A stretch of 64,000 nucleotides of DNA, from the NCBI RefSeq assembly GCF_038025025.1, contig NW_027117342.1:1116001-1180000 (forward strand), given 5' to 3'. Below, piece by piece: positions 63,329 through 64,000 of this stretch (positions are counted from its first letter, which is position 1; every line of letters starts with the position of its first letter). The notes under the pieces are model-generated. The model was not told where the DNA came from. It saw only the letters and a program-made list of their open reading frames with translations, and ran no database searches. This DNA is from Phyllosticta citribraziliensis (lineage: Eukaryota). The position numbers and the translations under genes were made by a program.

Positions 63329-64000
63329 ATGGAAACGTCGGCCGAACGTCCAAAAGGCCTCTTTCAGTGTACAGAATGCAAGCGCAGCTACACTCGAGTT
63401 GACCACCTTGCCCGCCATGTCAGATCTCGTTTGTGTCTCCTCCCCCGCTGTAAACGTCGTACAAATTCTCATCCAGCCTCTAGATCTGCAAGAAAAGCCC
63501 TTCCAATGCGACGTCTGCCACAAGGGCTTTGGGAGGCCGTACGTCCAACCCTGCCTCTGCGTCCTTCGAAGCTGACGGGCCACCCTTGCCAGCGACTTGC
63601 TCAAAAGACATGCAACGTGCCATGACACCGACGCAAACGGAGCAAAGAGACAGAAGCGCACCTTGGTCCAGAGCTCTCGCGTCTCACAGGCCTGCAAGTC
63701 TTGCGCCTACGCCAAGTTGAAGTGCGAGGACGAGAAGCCTTGCAAGCGCTGCCGCATCAAGGACATAGAGTGCGAATCAAATTCCGACCATCGAGCAAAT
63801 GCGGCTACGAGTCAGCCCTCGGGTATGCTGCCCTTGCCTCCTAGTTGTGTTGGTCGAATGCTCCTCTGACACTCGCCTGCAGTTCTCTCCCCACCAAAAC
63901 CGCTGAGCCATACAGAGACCACCAGCTCCATTATAGATTCAAACGAGAACCAGATGCCCACGCCCACTACTCTGCTAAACGCATTTGAACTCAGCAGCGA
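63329..64000 (+). CDS. Transcription factor with two C2H2 fingers plus a Zn(II)2Cys6 cluster (3' partial)
   Basis: FQCTECKRSYTRVDHLARHVRS|H..FQCDVCHKGFGRP|DLLKRHATCH..ACKSCAYAKLKCEDEKPCKRCRIKDIEC; introns ~63429-63483, 63539-63592, 63823-63882. Confidence 0.88.

Noticed and set aside
1..64000. Intact transposons or RIP-mutated AT-rich blocks
   Set aside because: No transposase, reverse transcriptase, integrase or tyrosine recombinase motifs, and no TpA-rich tracts seen

Overview
Gene-dense window of a filamentous ascomycete (Pezizomycotina; Dothideomycete-like by inference) nuclear chromosome. Genes have short spliceosomal introns (GT..CTRAC..AG), so most ORF-track entries are exon fragments or shadows. 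About 25 protein genes are supported: nirA, sec1, suv3, kei1, rix7, vps20, a PITH protein, lsm8, an Asi-type RING ligase, an MFS sugar porter, GMF, a MoCF/CinA-domain protein, ras, the PP2A catalytic subunit, two methyltransferases, a 7TM protein, a secreted beta-sandwich protein, emp24, a Myb-like protein, an FAD monooxygenase/acetoacetate-decarboxylase fusion, a cupin, a partial C2H2+Zn2Cys6 factor and two hypothetical genes. There is also one tRNA-Thr(AGT). The best unexplained structures are: (1) a 7-unit array of ~70-bp conserved cores separated by variable linkers upstream of nirA; (2) a ~190-nt structured non-tRNA locus with Pol III A box, B box and T-tract at ~56.6-56.8 kb; (3) a hairpin directly behind the tRNA, resembling a tRNA-hosted milRNA precursor; (4) a 7TM receptor-like protein with six tandem Cys-containing tail repeats; (5) GC-AG introns in nirA and sec1; (6) a putative catabolic cluster at the right end. 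All homology calls come from motif recognition; no database searches were run.
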